Origin: a bacterium
Lineage (GTDB): Bacteria; B130-G9
Direction: 5' to 3'
Assembly: GCA_035527515.1 (NCBI GenBank)
Contig: DATLAJ010000057.1
Span: forward strand, 858 to 64,857
Length of the DNA: 64,000 nucleotides
Numbering within the stretch: the first letter of the stretch is position 1; every line of letters starts with the position of its first letter. Under the pieces are notes generated by a model. It was not told where the DNA came from and did no database searches. It saw only the letters and a list, made by a program, of their open reading frames with translations. Below are positions 34,590 through 43,892 of this stretch, one piece after another. Position numbers and translations under genes: made by a program.

Positions 34590-35076
34590 GCTCTCACCTC
34601 CTTCCGTCAAATAACTCCAAATCCTTTAGTTCATCTTTACACAAAGATCGAACCAATTGACTTAAACATATACGGCATGTTGCCCATTTACAACCTATAT
34701 GCAACCATTTTAGCAACGAAGATGTCTCTAAAGACGAATTATGTCAAGCTCTTGTTAGAGAATTTTTCGTAATAGCTTTCGCTTCGGCTGGTTGGGCAAG
34801 AGCTGGCCTAACACAAATCCCACCTTTCCCAAGCCATAAAGCGATAAAGCCGTCCTATCAAGGCCGAGGAGTACAGGAGTTTTCGTAATCACTCGATTTG
34901 GGCGCTTTGATGCTCGCAGTCAGGGCTTGGATTAGGGGTCATGCGCTACAAAACCTCAACAATCTGAGAATCGGCGTCGATGAAATTCGACGGCCATGCC
35001 TGAATGCCCCAAAGGGGCATAATTTGAGTAGCCGCAGGTGCAACCTGCGGATCGAAATGGGCGACAACCAAGAAAT

Positions 35077-35123
35077 CCCCTCGCCATCCGCCAATCGCAA
35101 AGCGATTGGCGGATGGCGAGGGT
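35077..35123. other. Perfect ~20-bp inverted repeat (cctcgccatccgccaatcgc aaa gcgattggcggatggcgagg), preceded by two smaller perfect hairpins at 35004-35020 and 35032-35050.
   Basis: It is read directly from the sequence in the 800-nt hup / GT2 intergenic region. No T-tract follows, so it is not a canonical intrinsic terminator. Confidence 0.6.
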
Positions 35124-35431
35124 AGCTAGGAGCAGTGTAGTCGGCTATATACCCCGCGTTTCACACGGGGCTACTCACGTGGTCCCCTTTCAGGGGACTC
35201 AAGCAATAGCCACCAGAACTGCATCCCACTTCCTTCATGCCCTGAAGCCCACCATATAGCCACACACCCCGTCAACCAGCACAGGGAAATACGAAAACTC
35301 CTGCGAGGAGTATCGAGACTTTTGTCTGCTGCCAACCGTTGACAACCAACCGGACTAGGCTTAGATTGGGGCGTCCAATTGCGTGTCCAGGTATTTGGCT
35401 CAATTCTCACATTGAAGGTTCTTTTTAACTT

Positions 35432-36304
35432 GTGACCAACGAAGATGTTTACGTCAGCATAATCGTTCCCGCCTACAACGAGGCCGGCGCCATTGAGACC
35501 GACCTCGAGGCGATAATCGCCGCGATGGACTCTTCACGTTACACATACGAGGTGATCGTGGTCGATGACGGCTCAACGGATGGGACGGGCGATTTGGCGG
35601 AGGCCATGGGCGTTACGGTTCTTCGCCATCCGGAGAATAAGGGCGTAGGAGTAGCACGAACCAACGGCGTCAGGGCCGCCTCGGGCGAGATCATAGTCAT
35701 GACGGACGCAGACAACACGTATCCGAACGAAGACATTCCGAGACTGTTGGAGCTTATGGACCGCTACGACATGGTCATCGGCGCCAGAACAAACGAGGCG
35801 GGAACGGTCCCATGGCTCAGAAAACCTGTCAAGGAAATAATCCGCAGGCTTGCTGAATACATCACGTCTGAGCACATCGAGGACCTCAACTCGGGCTTCA
35901 GGGCGATGAGGAAGGACGTCGTCATGAGATACCTCAACATCACACCGGAAGGTCATTCCTGGGTGGGAACGATGACCCTGGCGTTTCTGAGCGAGAAGCG
36001 CGACGTCGCGTTCATCCCGATCGACTACTGGCCCAGAACGGGCAGATCGACTTTCCACCCCATTGCGGACACCTACGGCTACCTGATGTTCATTATGAAG
36101 ACCATCATGTATTTCAAGCCGCTGAAGGTCTTTGTCCCACTCTCGGTCTTGTTCTTGACGCTTGGAGTCATCAAGGGCCTTTACGACTCGTTCATCCTGC
36201 ACGACTTCAAAGAGTCGGAGATAGTCATCCTACTAACCGGCGTCATCATCGGCGTGCTCGGCCTCCTCGCGGACCTGGTCGTCAAGCTGCACAAGGGCGC
36301 CTGA
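35432..36304 (+). CDS. GT2 family glycosyltransferase (polyprenyl-phosphate sugar synthase-like) with C-terminal TM helices.
   Basis: It carries the motifs VSIIVPAYNEAGAIE...YEVIVVDDGSTDGT and DAD. The C-terminal hydrophobic segment is typical of DPM/GtrB-like enzymes. Confidence 0.7.
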   Translation: MTNEDVYVSIIVPAYNEAGAIETDLEAIIAAMDSSRYTYEVIVVDDGSTDGTGDLAEAMGVTVLRHPENKGVGVARTNGVRAASGEIIVMTDADNTYPNEDIPRLLELMDRYDMVIGARTNEAGTVPWLRKPVKEIIRRLAEYITSEHIEDLNSGFRAMRKDVVMRYLNITPEGHSWVGTMTLAFLSEKRDVAFIPIDYWPRTGRSTFHPIADTYGYLMFIMKTIMYFKPLKVFVPLSVLFLTLGVIKGLYDSFILHDFKESEIVILLTGVIIGVLGLLADLVVKLHKGA

Positions 36305-36613
36305 CCGGCATCCTGCGCCGCAGAAGGCCCCCCCCGACACGAGACGTAAAGGAGTGTATTGCCTCGGGGACAGCCACAGCGTGTCCCCGAACCCCTCCGC
36401 TGCTTCTGTGCCATGCGCTCGCTCTTTTCGCTTGAAGCAAGGTCATATAGTCGGCACTATCGTGGAGATGCGATTTTGATGGCACAAACACAACTCGGAG
36501 GCAAATATGATGAGGAGTCAAGACGCGATCGCCGATAAGCGCCGAGCATGAAGGGCTCGGAGAAATACTCGATCGAGACCAAGCGTTCCGCTGAGAAAGA
36601 AAGGAGTTGGCAA

Positions 36614-36940
36614 ATGACAAGGCACCAATTCGCTGTAGTGATAGAAAAAGATAAGGATGGCTGGTTCGCAATGTGTCCTGACCTCCAGGGCTGCTACACC
36701 CAAGGGGATACTTACGAGGAAGCCCTCGAGAACATCAAGGACGCCATCCGGCTACACGTTGAGGACAGGATAGAGATAGAAGTCTCTATGTCGGACGAAG
36801 ACCTGATCGAGCAGCGCCGTGATGAGCCTCCCGTCCGTTTAGGGAATTCCTGGCTGAGAGGAAGGAGGGGCGACGGGCCAGCCTCGAAGAACCGTGATTC
36901 GCGGTTCAGCTATACCGATTCAAAGCCCGAAGTGTTTTAG
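36614..36940 (+). CDS. HicB-like (UPF0150) antitoxin-family protein, apparently orphan.
   Basis: The sequence FAVVIEKDKDGWFAMCPDLQGCYTQGDTYEEALENIKDAIRLHVE is a canonical HicB N-domain. An aaggag RBS lies 7 nt upstream of ATG 36614. No HicA-like ORF is adjacent. Confidence 0.6.
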   Translation: MTRHQFAVVIEKDKDGWFAMCPDLQGCYTQGDTYEEALENIKDAIRLHVEDRIEIEVSMSDEDLIEQRRDEPPVRLGNSWLRGRRGDGPASKNRDSRFSYTDSKPEVF

Positions 36941-37615
36941 CAACGAGGCAAAAAGGGTGGATAGGAACGCGAGGAGCAGAAAGCCAAATCCCACATTTAT
37001 GGCCACCTTCTGTTTGCGCATCCAGAGCCTATAGAGGGCAGTCGGGGTGATGTTATCTGTGCCCCCTCCTGAGCCACCGTAAATTATGGGATGATACCTG
37101 TCCTCCATTTTGATTCGTTCCTGCCAGCCCCACATAAGCATCAGGCCTGCAAACAAGCCGATTAAGGCTGAGTAAAGCTCCAGTACAAAGCTAAATTTGG
37201 GCGAGGGCCATGCATAGAAATGCCAGAAAGACAACACGGATGAGCATGCAAGAAAACTGAGAAGCGCAAGGCTGAACAACTGAGCATGGATGAAGCGTAC
37301 TCGCAGTAACCATGAGATGGTCGCACCAATGAGTTTTGCTGCAGTCTGGGTGCAATCTCTGGGACCCACCTTGAACCTGAGCGCTTTCTGATCAGATTCA
37401 GACAGATTCACCCAAGGTAAGTTTGAATTCCCGCCTCCGCTATGAATGCGTTGGACCAGAATATACCTCCTCCGACCATTCCAGTGGAGCTTCAGTGCTC
37501 TGTCTTGACGCAGGCTTTGTTCACCAGGCGGCGTTCGTATGATGCACCACCTTGGGGGAAGCTCTTCCGATGACCTCTGTACTCTGGCGATTTCAACTGT
37601 GATTCTTGATTGCAT
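36920..37615 (-). CDS. Hypothetical membrane protein of 231 aa with 3-4 predicted C-terminal TM helices.
   Basis: Only the ORF and the hydrophobic segments FSLALLSFLACSSVL and LIGLFAGLMLMWGW are visible. No family was recognised. Confidence 0.3.
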   Translation of the reverse strand: MQSRITVEIARVQRSSEELPPRWCIIRTPPGEQSLRQDRALKLHWNGRRRYILVQRIHSGGGNSNLPWVNLSESDQKALRFKVGPRDCTQTAAKLIGATISWLLRVRFIHAQLFSLALLSFLACSSVLSFWHFYAWPSPKFSFVLELYSALIGLFAGLMLMWGWQERIKMEDRYHPIIYGGSGGGTDNITPTALYRLWMRKQKVAINVGFGFLLLAFLSTLFASLLKHFGL

Positions 37616-37716
37616 ATATATTCCTCGATAGGCAATTTAATCTTTGCTGCGAAGTCCGACAAGCTAAGAATGAACTTACTTTCGTGTCTTCTGCCTTTTC
37701 CCTGTAAGATGAGCTT

Positions 37717-37956
37717 ATGAAGACAACTCGTTACTTTGAAGAGCAGGTTCTGCGAAAACGGCCCTATATCAGGCTAGAATGGTGCGTTCAAGCGATTCGC
37801 GAGCCGATTCACCGGTCAGTTCAGCCGGACGGGCGCATTCGGTGCTTTACATTTGTGCCTGAAGTAGGCAAGTACTTGAGGGTGGTCACGCTTGAAGACG
37901 GAGAGACGATCCTCAACGCCTTTTTTGACCGAAGGTTTCGGGAGGATGGAAGTTGA
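37717..37956 (+). CDS. DUF4258-family small protein (putative toxin of a DUF4258/DUF2283 pair).
   Basis: It is 79 aa and overlaps the next gene by 4 nt (ATGA). The pairing with a DUF2283-like gene is characteristic. Confidence 0.45.
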   Translation: MKTTRYFEEQVLRKRPYIRLEWCVQAIREPIHRSVQPDGRIRCFTFVPEVGKYLRVVTLEDGETILNAFFDRRFREDGS

Positions 37957-38180
37957 AGCTCCATTATTATGAAGAGACCGACTCGCTCTACATTGACCTG
38001 AGCGAGAGGCCGGGCGCCGAATCGAAAGAGGTGGCGCCGGGCGTGGTCCTGGATTTTGACGGGGAGGGGCGTCTGGTTGGTATCGACGTCGATCACGCGA
38101 GCGAGGTCATAGACCTGTCGCGGCTTGAGATAGAGTCGCTGCCCGTCGGCTCGGTGGCGATGAAGGGGGCAAGCAGCTAG
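37953..38180 (+). CDS. DUF2283-family small protein (putative antitoxin partner).
   Basis: The sequence MKLHYYEETDSLYIDLSERP...VVLDFDGEGRLVGIDVDHAS matches the YDxExDxLYI...D.D..G.lvGIEi signature. Confidence 0.5.
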   Translation: MKLHYYEETDSLYIDLSERPGAESKEVAPGVVLDFDGEGRLVGIDVDHASEVIDLSRLEIESLPVGSVAMKGASS

Positions 38181-38406
38181 GGATCGAGGGCGGTTCGTGA
38201 ACCGCCCCTACGGCAGGGATCCGGCGTTCCTGTCACCCAACCTCCCGGTAACCACATCACGAGCCGAAGCAGACCGTTCTGCCTCGCCGTCAGATTGCGC
38301 AGCAATATGTCGGCCCATGCTTCGAAAATCGCGGAGGGGGGGCGGGGGACGAGCGATTGCGTCCCCCGATCTAATCAATCACACCATAGAATTGTAGAGT
38401 GATTGG

Positions 38407-38745
38407 CTATCCGCCGACTATCTCGTTTAGTCCCTCGATTAGCTGCTCCATCTGCTCAGGAGACAGCGAATCTACTAGATCGCCGATTCGCTCGACCGAA
38501 AACGTTCGGACCTGGCTTATCTTGGCCCAAGACGGCTTGGGCAGCTTCGATGGGTCCAGGGCGAGCGTTAAGGGGAAGCCTGCTCGTTGAGGCTGGCTGG
38601 TTATCGCCATCGCGATGACGGTGCCCGAACGTTCATTGAACACATCGTGGCTGATTATTATGACCGGGCGTTTTCCGCCTTGTTCACGTCCCCGGACGGG
38701 GTTGAGGTCGGCCCACCGTATCTCTCCCCTTAGTATTCGGGCCAT
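38407..38745 (-). CDS. mazF: MazF/PemK-family type II toxin (mRNA interferase).
   Basis: It carries the family motifs [27 protein letters not shown] and AMAITSQ. The protein is 112 aa. Confidence 0.7.
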   Translation of the reverse strand: MARILRGEIRWADLNPVRGREQGGKRPVIIISHDVFNERSGTVIAMAITSQPQRAGFPLTLALDPSKLPKPSWAKISQVRTFSVERIGDLVDSLSPEQMEQLIEGLNEIVGG

Positions 38746-38972
38746 CGAGCCAGCTCCTCGAACAGACCTTCCTCTGCTATCGCCTGTTCAGCGACCGGGT
38801 CCAGCTTCGCGCACTCCTGCGCGAGGCGCGTGCGCTCCAGACGGTTGAGCTTATCCTCAATTGCCTCTTGAATTGCCCTGCTCCGACTGGGGAAAACCCG
38901 GTTCTTGACGAGATGGTCGAGGCGCTTGAGCGTCTTTTTGTTGATACTGATTGCGACTTTTGCAGTTTGCAT
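38730..38972 (-). CDS. Ribbon-helix-helix (CopG/MazE-like) antitoxin.
   Basis: It is 80 aa, overlaps the toxin start by 16 nt, and has an N-terminal [18 protein letters not shown] beta-strand/helix pattern. Confidence 0.55.
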   Translation of the reverse strand: MQTAKVAISINKKTLKRLDHLVKNRVFPSRSRAIQEAIEDKLNRLERTRLAQECAKLDPVAEQAIAEEGLFEELARWPEY

Positions 38973-39202
38973 ATCTCACCTCCAGTATTACCATAAGTCA
39001 TACTGGAGATGCTGTCAACATTGGCATAATCTATGCCGGTCAGCTCGCACGTGGAATAAGAAGATAAGAACGCGAAGTGACTTATTGGACACCCTCTTGA
39101 TGGCCGTTAGCTACGACGCGAGCCTATCAAGATATTATGGCGAGATGCCTCAAACCAGAGCGGTCTCGAGATGCGATGCTGACGCTAGCCCTGCGGCGAG
39201 CC

Positions 39203-41410
39203 CTAGGGGAAGGCAAAGTATCTGCCAGGGTGCTCGGTGGGGAACATGAGAGGGACTTTGCCCAGCGGCGTGTCACTTCTCAGCGCTGGCCCAAGCTGCG
39301 TTGACCAAGGCGGAAGCGTGAGCCGCGAACTCGAGATTAAGCCCTGCGATTGCACAAGCTGCGCCTCGCGGATTGGAACGCTGCGACCCCTGTCGAGAAC
39401 TGTAACGCGAACCTCGTCGATGTGGCCAGCGAGCAGCCACTTCTCGTTTTGCTCGAGGCGCACGGTGGCCTCGGTCGCCTCGAAGCTAGCTGGAAGCGTG
39501 AGCAGGGTGTGGGAGTTGTTTGAAATGAGCTCGAGTTGCGCGGTGACGTTTTCCAGTGGTCTATCAGCGACGATATCGAGCCGGTCGATCAGGCCCACAT
39601 CGGTATCAAGGGGCAACCGAACCTGGTCGCCCGGAGATGTGCTGTCAGCGAATCTTGCATGCACCACGTCGTGACGCAGGTTCAAGTAGGACCGCTGACG
39701 AGCGAGCACGCGGGCCGAGAGGTCTGGGAGCTCCAGAGCCTTTTGACCATCGAACGCAAAAGCCCGAACAGACATCCCAGCCGGGATGGATTTGTATTGA
39801 AAGCTGCTCACCCAGTCACTGAAGGGCAGAGAATCGACGCGTTTGCCATATTCCGCACGTATTGGCGCCCGTATGTTCCAGCAAGATGAGCTCCTGTCGA
39901 TTAGGGACTTGTCGCGGAAGACGATGAGAACGAGAGTGTTGTCCGGGACCTCAGGCTGCGCCGCCACAATCGCCTTGGGAAGACGAGCACACTCGCTCGC
40001 CTCATCGACAAACATCGCGAAGAGCTTCAGGAAGCCGGCCATGTAGGCGCCCACTAATAGTAGGACAATCCCAACGATCAAGAACTTGAGCGGAGCGCGA
40101 GACATTCTCGGTGAAAGCCGTCGGCGCAAAGCGCATCTTGTCGCAACGGCGGCGGCCGCGACAAGGGCGATGGCATACCTTGTGGTCGCGGTGCTCGCGC
40201 TCGAGGCCCCCTGGGCGAAAAAATCGGTCCAACCTGCCCGAATCAGCGCGAACACCCAATAGATTACTGAGGCGGCTATCACCCAATCGAGAGCTGCGGA
40301 GAGCATGGAGCGTCTTTGGCGGTCGAGAATCGTCTCCGGCAGCAGCACAAGAAGATAAGCCATCAGGCCCGCGACGCCAAACGAGCAGAGCAAGACGCGA
40401 TGGTGGCCAACCCCCGCAAGGGGGAACGCCAAAGCTGGCGTGATAGCTATCCATAACACCAGGAAGAGCGTCAACCTCCAATTGGCCCTGAAACCCACGT
40501 AAAGGATGATCACGGCTACTACGCAGAGCAGGGGTGAGAACTTCAGCGGGAATACGTTTGTGTAGAGGATTGTGGGCAGCCTCCTAATGGCCTGGAGGAA
40601 CGTGAGTTCCCTTACGCACGCGAAGTAGTAGTTGTTGATGACGACGTTCGTGCTGAGCAACAGCGCTCTGAGGCCGAGAAGGGCGGCAGCCATGACCCAC
40701 AGCGGCAGATTGACCTTCAAAAGGCGTCGGAAGAGACTTCTTCTGCCCTTTTCCTCTCTCCATATCAGTTCGTAGATCAATAGCAGAAGCGGCATGAAGA
40801 TCGCGGACTCGTAGAAGAGAAAGCTGGCTGCGTATGTAATGCAGGCTAGGACAATCCTGGTGCGAGATGGGCTCTTGCGGTAGCCGGGTCCCACAAGCCA
40901 GAACGTAAGAAGCGCAAACAGCGCTGAGTTGAGGCCCTGTATCTGTGACATCCAGAACACAGGCTCGACGTGGCATGTCATCACGGCAAATATCAGCGAG
41001 CCGAGCGCCCCTACGAGAAAAGATCGGGACAGCGCCTCGAGGCTCAGAAATACCAGAAGGCATATCATGGCATAGACGGCAGAGTTGATCGCCCTGGGCA
41101 AGACTGTGTTTGTCCCGAACAGCTTATACTCGGTCGCCTGCATCATTGCGGCTAGCGGCCGGTAGTACTGCGATCCGTAATGCCTCTGGAGAACGACTGG
41201 ATAGTGCGCTATCTGCCCCCAAGTCTGCGGTCTGAAGGACACCCAGCTCTCTGTCAAGTAGTATGCTTTCAGACCCGAGGCGGTCATCGCGATCGGAAGC
41301 AGCACGATCGCGACAATGAACCATCGCCTGGCTTTGGCGCCCGGCGATTGAAGTCTGTCAGGCCAGAACTGCACGCGCTCTCCGATCTCAACAGAGTTTT
41401 CTTGCCGCAC
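39203..41410 (-). CDS. Large polytopic membrane protein. It may be a GT39/ArnT-like or DUF2079-like glycosyltransferase with a C-terminal periplasmic domain.
   Basis: The N-terminal ~430 aa contain about 12 TM segments and the C-terminal ~300 aa are soluble. It has a GTG start, and the upstream region contains paired 38-nt repeats. Confidence 0.35.
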   Translation of the reverse strand: MRQENSVEIGERVQFWPDRLQSPGAKARRWFIVAIVLLPIAMTASGLKAYYLTESWVSFRPQTWGQIAHYPVVLQRHYGSQYYRPLAAMMQATEYKLFGTNTVLPRAINSAVYAMICLLVFLSLEALSRSFLVGALGSLIFAVMTCHVEPVFWMSQIQGLNSALFALLTFWLVGPGYRKSPSRTRIVLACITYAASFLFYESAIFMPLLLLIYELIWREEKGRRSLFRRLLKVNLPLWVMAAALLGLRALLLSTNVVINNYYFACVRELTFLQAIRRLPTILYTNVFPLKFSPLLCVVAVIILYVGFRANWRLTLFLVLWIAITPALAFPLAGVGHHRVLLCSFGVAGLMAYLLVLLPETILDRQRRSMLSAALDWVIAASVIYWVFALIRAGWTDFFAQGASSASTATTRYAIALVAAAAVATRCALRRRLSPRMSRAPLKFLIVGIVLLLVGAYMAGFLKLFAMFVDEASECARLPKAIVAAQPEVPDNTLVLIVFRDKSLIDRSSSCWNIRAPIRAEYGKRVDSLPFSDWVSSFQYKSIPAGMSVRAFAFDGQKALELPDLSARVLARQRSYLNLRHDVVHARFADSTSPGDQVRLPLDTDVGLIDRLDIVADRPLENVTAQLELISNNSHTLLTLPASFEATEATVRLEQNEKWLLAGHIDEVRVTVLDRGRSVPIREAQLVQSQGLISSSRLTLPPWSTQLGPALRSDTPLGKVPLMFPTEHPGRYFAFP

Positions 41411-41501
41411 AGTAAACTAACACTGTGCGTAGTATCAGTCTCCATAGGGAGTTATGACAGTCAAGAGTTTTCTTGCCGCACAGCAAACTAACACTGTGCG
41501 T
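41393..41501. repeat. Two 38-nt direct repeats (agagttttcttgccgcacag[t/c]aaactaacactgtgcgt) separated by 33 nt. Each contains a 7-bp inverted repeat (cgcacag...ctgtgcg).
   Basis: The repeats are read directly from the sequence. The first copy overlaps the GTG start of the 39203-41410 gene. Confidence 0.7.
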
Positions 41502-42187
41502 GGCGCTCCGCAATCTCCCCGCGACCAGAGAATCTCACTCTTACCCAGGCGGGAAATCACGCTAAAGGTCAATGACAATCCAGGTGGGAGATGTTCTACT
41601 GAGTCGCGTGTCAGCGTGCCTCTTGCGTCTGGCAACCAAAAATGGTCGGGGCGGGAACGCCACCGGGAGGCTTTGTCCCCGCCCCTAAAACCACAAACCA
41701 AAAGGAGGGTAACACGCCGCATGAATCTCCGGGGCGGGAAACCCACGCGGTTTAATGAGGCTATCTAATCCTGAAACAAATGTGGGTGCCAGTTGGTTTC
41801 GTGGCGCATTAGTTTTCTTGCCACGGGCGCCGTATCTGCCGCTAGGACGTCCATGGATGGCGGGCTGGCATGTTTGGGTGTTGGGTGGTTTGGAGTGCGG
41901 TGGCTTGACACCGCTTTGGCTCGCCGCGGCCTGACGCGGCGTGCGCTCTGTTAAGGAGCTATGGTTTACTGTCATCTCGGCCGCGTTTCAACGCGGTTGA
42001 GTTAAAGGCGGACGTTCGAGACAAAGGCTATACGAGCCGGCCCTATGATGCCCACTACGGCTCTGGGGACAGCCTTTTCAATCCGGGGTCAACCCCAGGA
42101 GGTTGGGAACCTTGACACGATATTTCGCTCGGCGATAATAGCCCACGTTGATGCGTGGCTTGTTGACTGCCTTACTCTACAGGGGTT

Positions 42188-43321
42188 TTGAAGGAATTGC
42201 ACACTGTTACTAAGGCTTATGTAAGCTTGGGTGCGCTTGAACACAATTTGTCCCAGGCCCGCTTCTTGGTCGGCGAGTCGGTAGAGATAATGCCGGTGGT
42301 CAAGGCTAACGCTTATGGGCACGGGATGCTTCCGATCTGCGACAGGCTCCATGCAGTCGGTATTGGCACGTTTGGCGTGGCAACAATAGACGAGGGGATA
42401 TGCCTAAAAGAGCATATCCCGAGCGCAACGGTCGTTCTTCTTGGTGGCTCGCTGCCAGAGCAGGCTGAGGCGGTGATCCAGGCTGGGCTGGTGCCGGTAA
42501 TTTACGACCTTGACCAGGCTTATGCGCTTGACTGTGAGGCGAGGCGCAAGGATAAGGATGTGCCTGTCCACCTCAAGATCGACACAGGCATGATGCGACT
42601 TGGGGTGCGTTATGACGAGGGGCTGGCGTTTCTCGAGAGACTCCAGACTCTTCACAGGTTAGCCGTAGTGGGGCTGATGACACACCTTGCGACTGCCGAT
42701 GCCCAGGACAGCAGCTTCGCGATGCTCCAGCTCGACCGGTTCGATAGTTTTCTGGCGTCCTCTGGCCTTCGCAACCAGGCCATGGTGCATGCGGCCAACA
42801 GCGCGGCGACCATGAAGCACTCACGGTCGCATTATGACATGGTTCGGCCTGGCCTCATGCTCTACGGGCTTTCTCCAACTGGCGCGACGCCGCCGGGCGT
42901 TACGCTTAAGGCTGTGCTGAGGCTGACGTCGAGGGTTCTGAGGGTGGCACGCATGAGGCCGGGAGAGAGCGTTGGGTATGGGCGAAAGTTTTTAGCGAAG
43001 AGGAACATGCAGATTGCGATCGTGCCGCTCGGCTATGCGGACGGCTATTGCCATCGGCTTTCAGGGCGGGCGGAGGTGCTCATCCGGGGCGTCCGGTCGC
43101 CGGTGATCGGCGCTGTCTCAATGGACATGATCGCGGTTGAGATCAAGGAGCACTGCGAGGCCTCGCTGGGCGACGAGGTGGTCATCATTGGCCGGCAAGG
43201 CACGGAGTCGATCAGTGTGAACGAGCTGGCCTTTCTAGCAGAGACGATACCCTACGAGATTCTCTGTGGGCTTGGCGACAGGATCGACAGAGTCTTCGTC
43301 GAACAGACTTGGAATGAATAG
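42188..43321 (+). CDS. alr: Alanine racemase.
   Basis: It carries the PLP-site motif MPVVKANAYGHG. The protein is 377 aa with a TTG start. Confidence 0.8.
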   Translation: MKELHTVTKAYVSLGALEHNLSQARFLVGESVEIMPVVKANAYGHGMLPICDRLHAVGIGTFGVATIDEGICLKEHIPSATVVLLGGSLPEQAEAVIQAGLVPVIYDLDQAYALDCEARRKDKDVPVHLKIDTGMMRLGVRYDEGLAFLERLQTLHRLAVVGLMTHLATADAQDSSFAMLQLDRFDSFLASSGLRNQAMVHAANSAATMKHSRSHYDMVRPGLMLYGLSPTGATPPGVTLKAVLRLTSRVLRVARMRPGESVGYGRKFLAKRNMQIAIVPLGYADGYCHRLSGRAEVLIRGVRSPVIGAVSMDMIAVEIKEHCEASLGDEVVIIGRQGTESISVNELAFLAETIPYEILCGLGDRIDRVFVEQTWNE

Positions 43322-43892
43322 GCCAGCTGCCCGGACAACGCAATCCGTCTCGCGACCATCCATGATGCAGGTCTCGATGCTGACGGCACTGGCCGTCGCA
43401 TTCAGGGCCGCGGAGCTCTTCATCCCCACGCCTCTGCCGTGGCTTCGCCTCGGTCTTGCAAACGTTGTGATCTTGATAGTGCTAGTCTCGTTCGGGGTGA
43501 GGGCCGCGCTTCTGGTCAACGTCGCGAGGATATTGCTTGCTTCCTTCGTCATCGGGACGTTTCTGTCGCCTGGGTTCTGGCTAAGCCTGTGTGCCGGCGT
43601 TGTATCATGCCTCTCGATGGCAGTTGTGTGGTATTGTTTCGGAGGGTGGCTCTCTTATGTCGGAACAAGTGTGGTTGGGGCATATTTTCACACTATGTCG
43701 CAGTTCTTCGTTGCATATCTGATATTCGTGAGACACGTGGCAATACTGAAGCTGATGCCATACTTCCTCCTGTTCTCACTTGGCACTGGAGCTTTGACCG
43801 GGGTTGCTGCGACGGCAATCCTCGTGTGGGCGAGGCGCCACGGCGTCCTGACCCCGCGAGCTTTTGATCACAGATCGGCTAACAGATGCTGA
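43314..43892 (+). CDS. Gx-transporter family (formerly heptaprenyl diphosphate synthase component I-like) small membrane protein.
   Basis: It has 4-5 TM helices and the LGLANVVILIVLVSFG, LLASFVIGTFLSPGF pattern. Its ATG overlaps the alr stop. The start is uncertain, with alternatives at 43266 and 43362. Confidence 0.4.
   Translation: MNRPAARTTQSVSRPSMMQVSMLTALAVAFRAAELFIPTPLPWLRLGLANVVILIVLVSFGVRAALLVNVARILLASFVIGTFLSPGFWLSLCAGVVSCLSMAVVWYCFGGWLSYVGTSVVGAYFHTMSQFFVAYLIFVRHVAILKLMPYFLLFSLGTGALTGVAATAILVWARRHGVLTPRAFDHRSANRC

Noticed and set aside
41393-41501. Calling the two 38-nt repeats a CRISPR array.
   Set aside because: There are only two repeat units and one spacer, with no cas genes or leader in the window. 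That is insufficient for a CRISPR call, so it is reported as a repeat of unknown function.
41640-42187. tmRNA, RNase P RNA, SRP RNA or a tRNA in the 700-nt non-coding region (e.g. the ggggtcaacccc T-loop-like motif around 42086-42100).
   Set aside because: I looked for the hallmark strings (RNase P GGAAAGTCCGG / ACAGAACCCGGCTTA, tmRNA 3' GGTTCAACTCC...CCACCA, SRP AGGAAGCAGCC) on both strands and did not find them. The T-loop-like motif lacks the full GTTCRANYC consensus and an acceptor stem.
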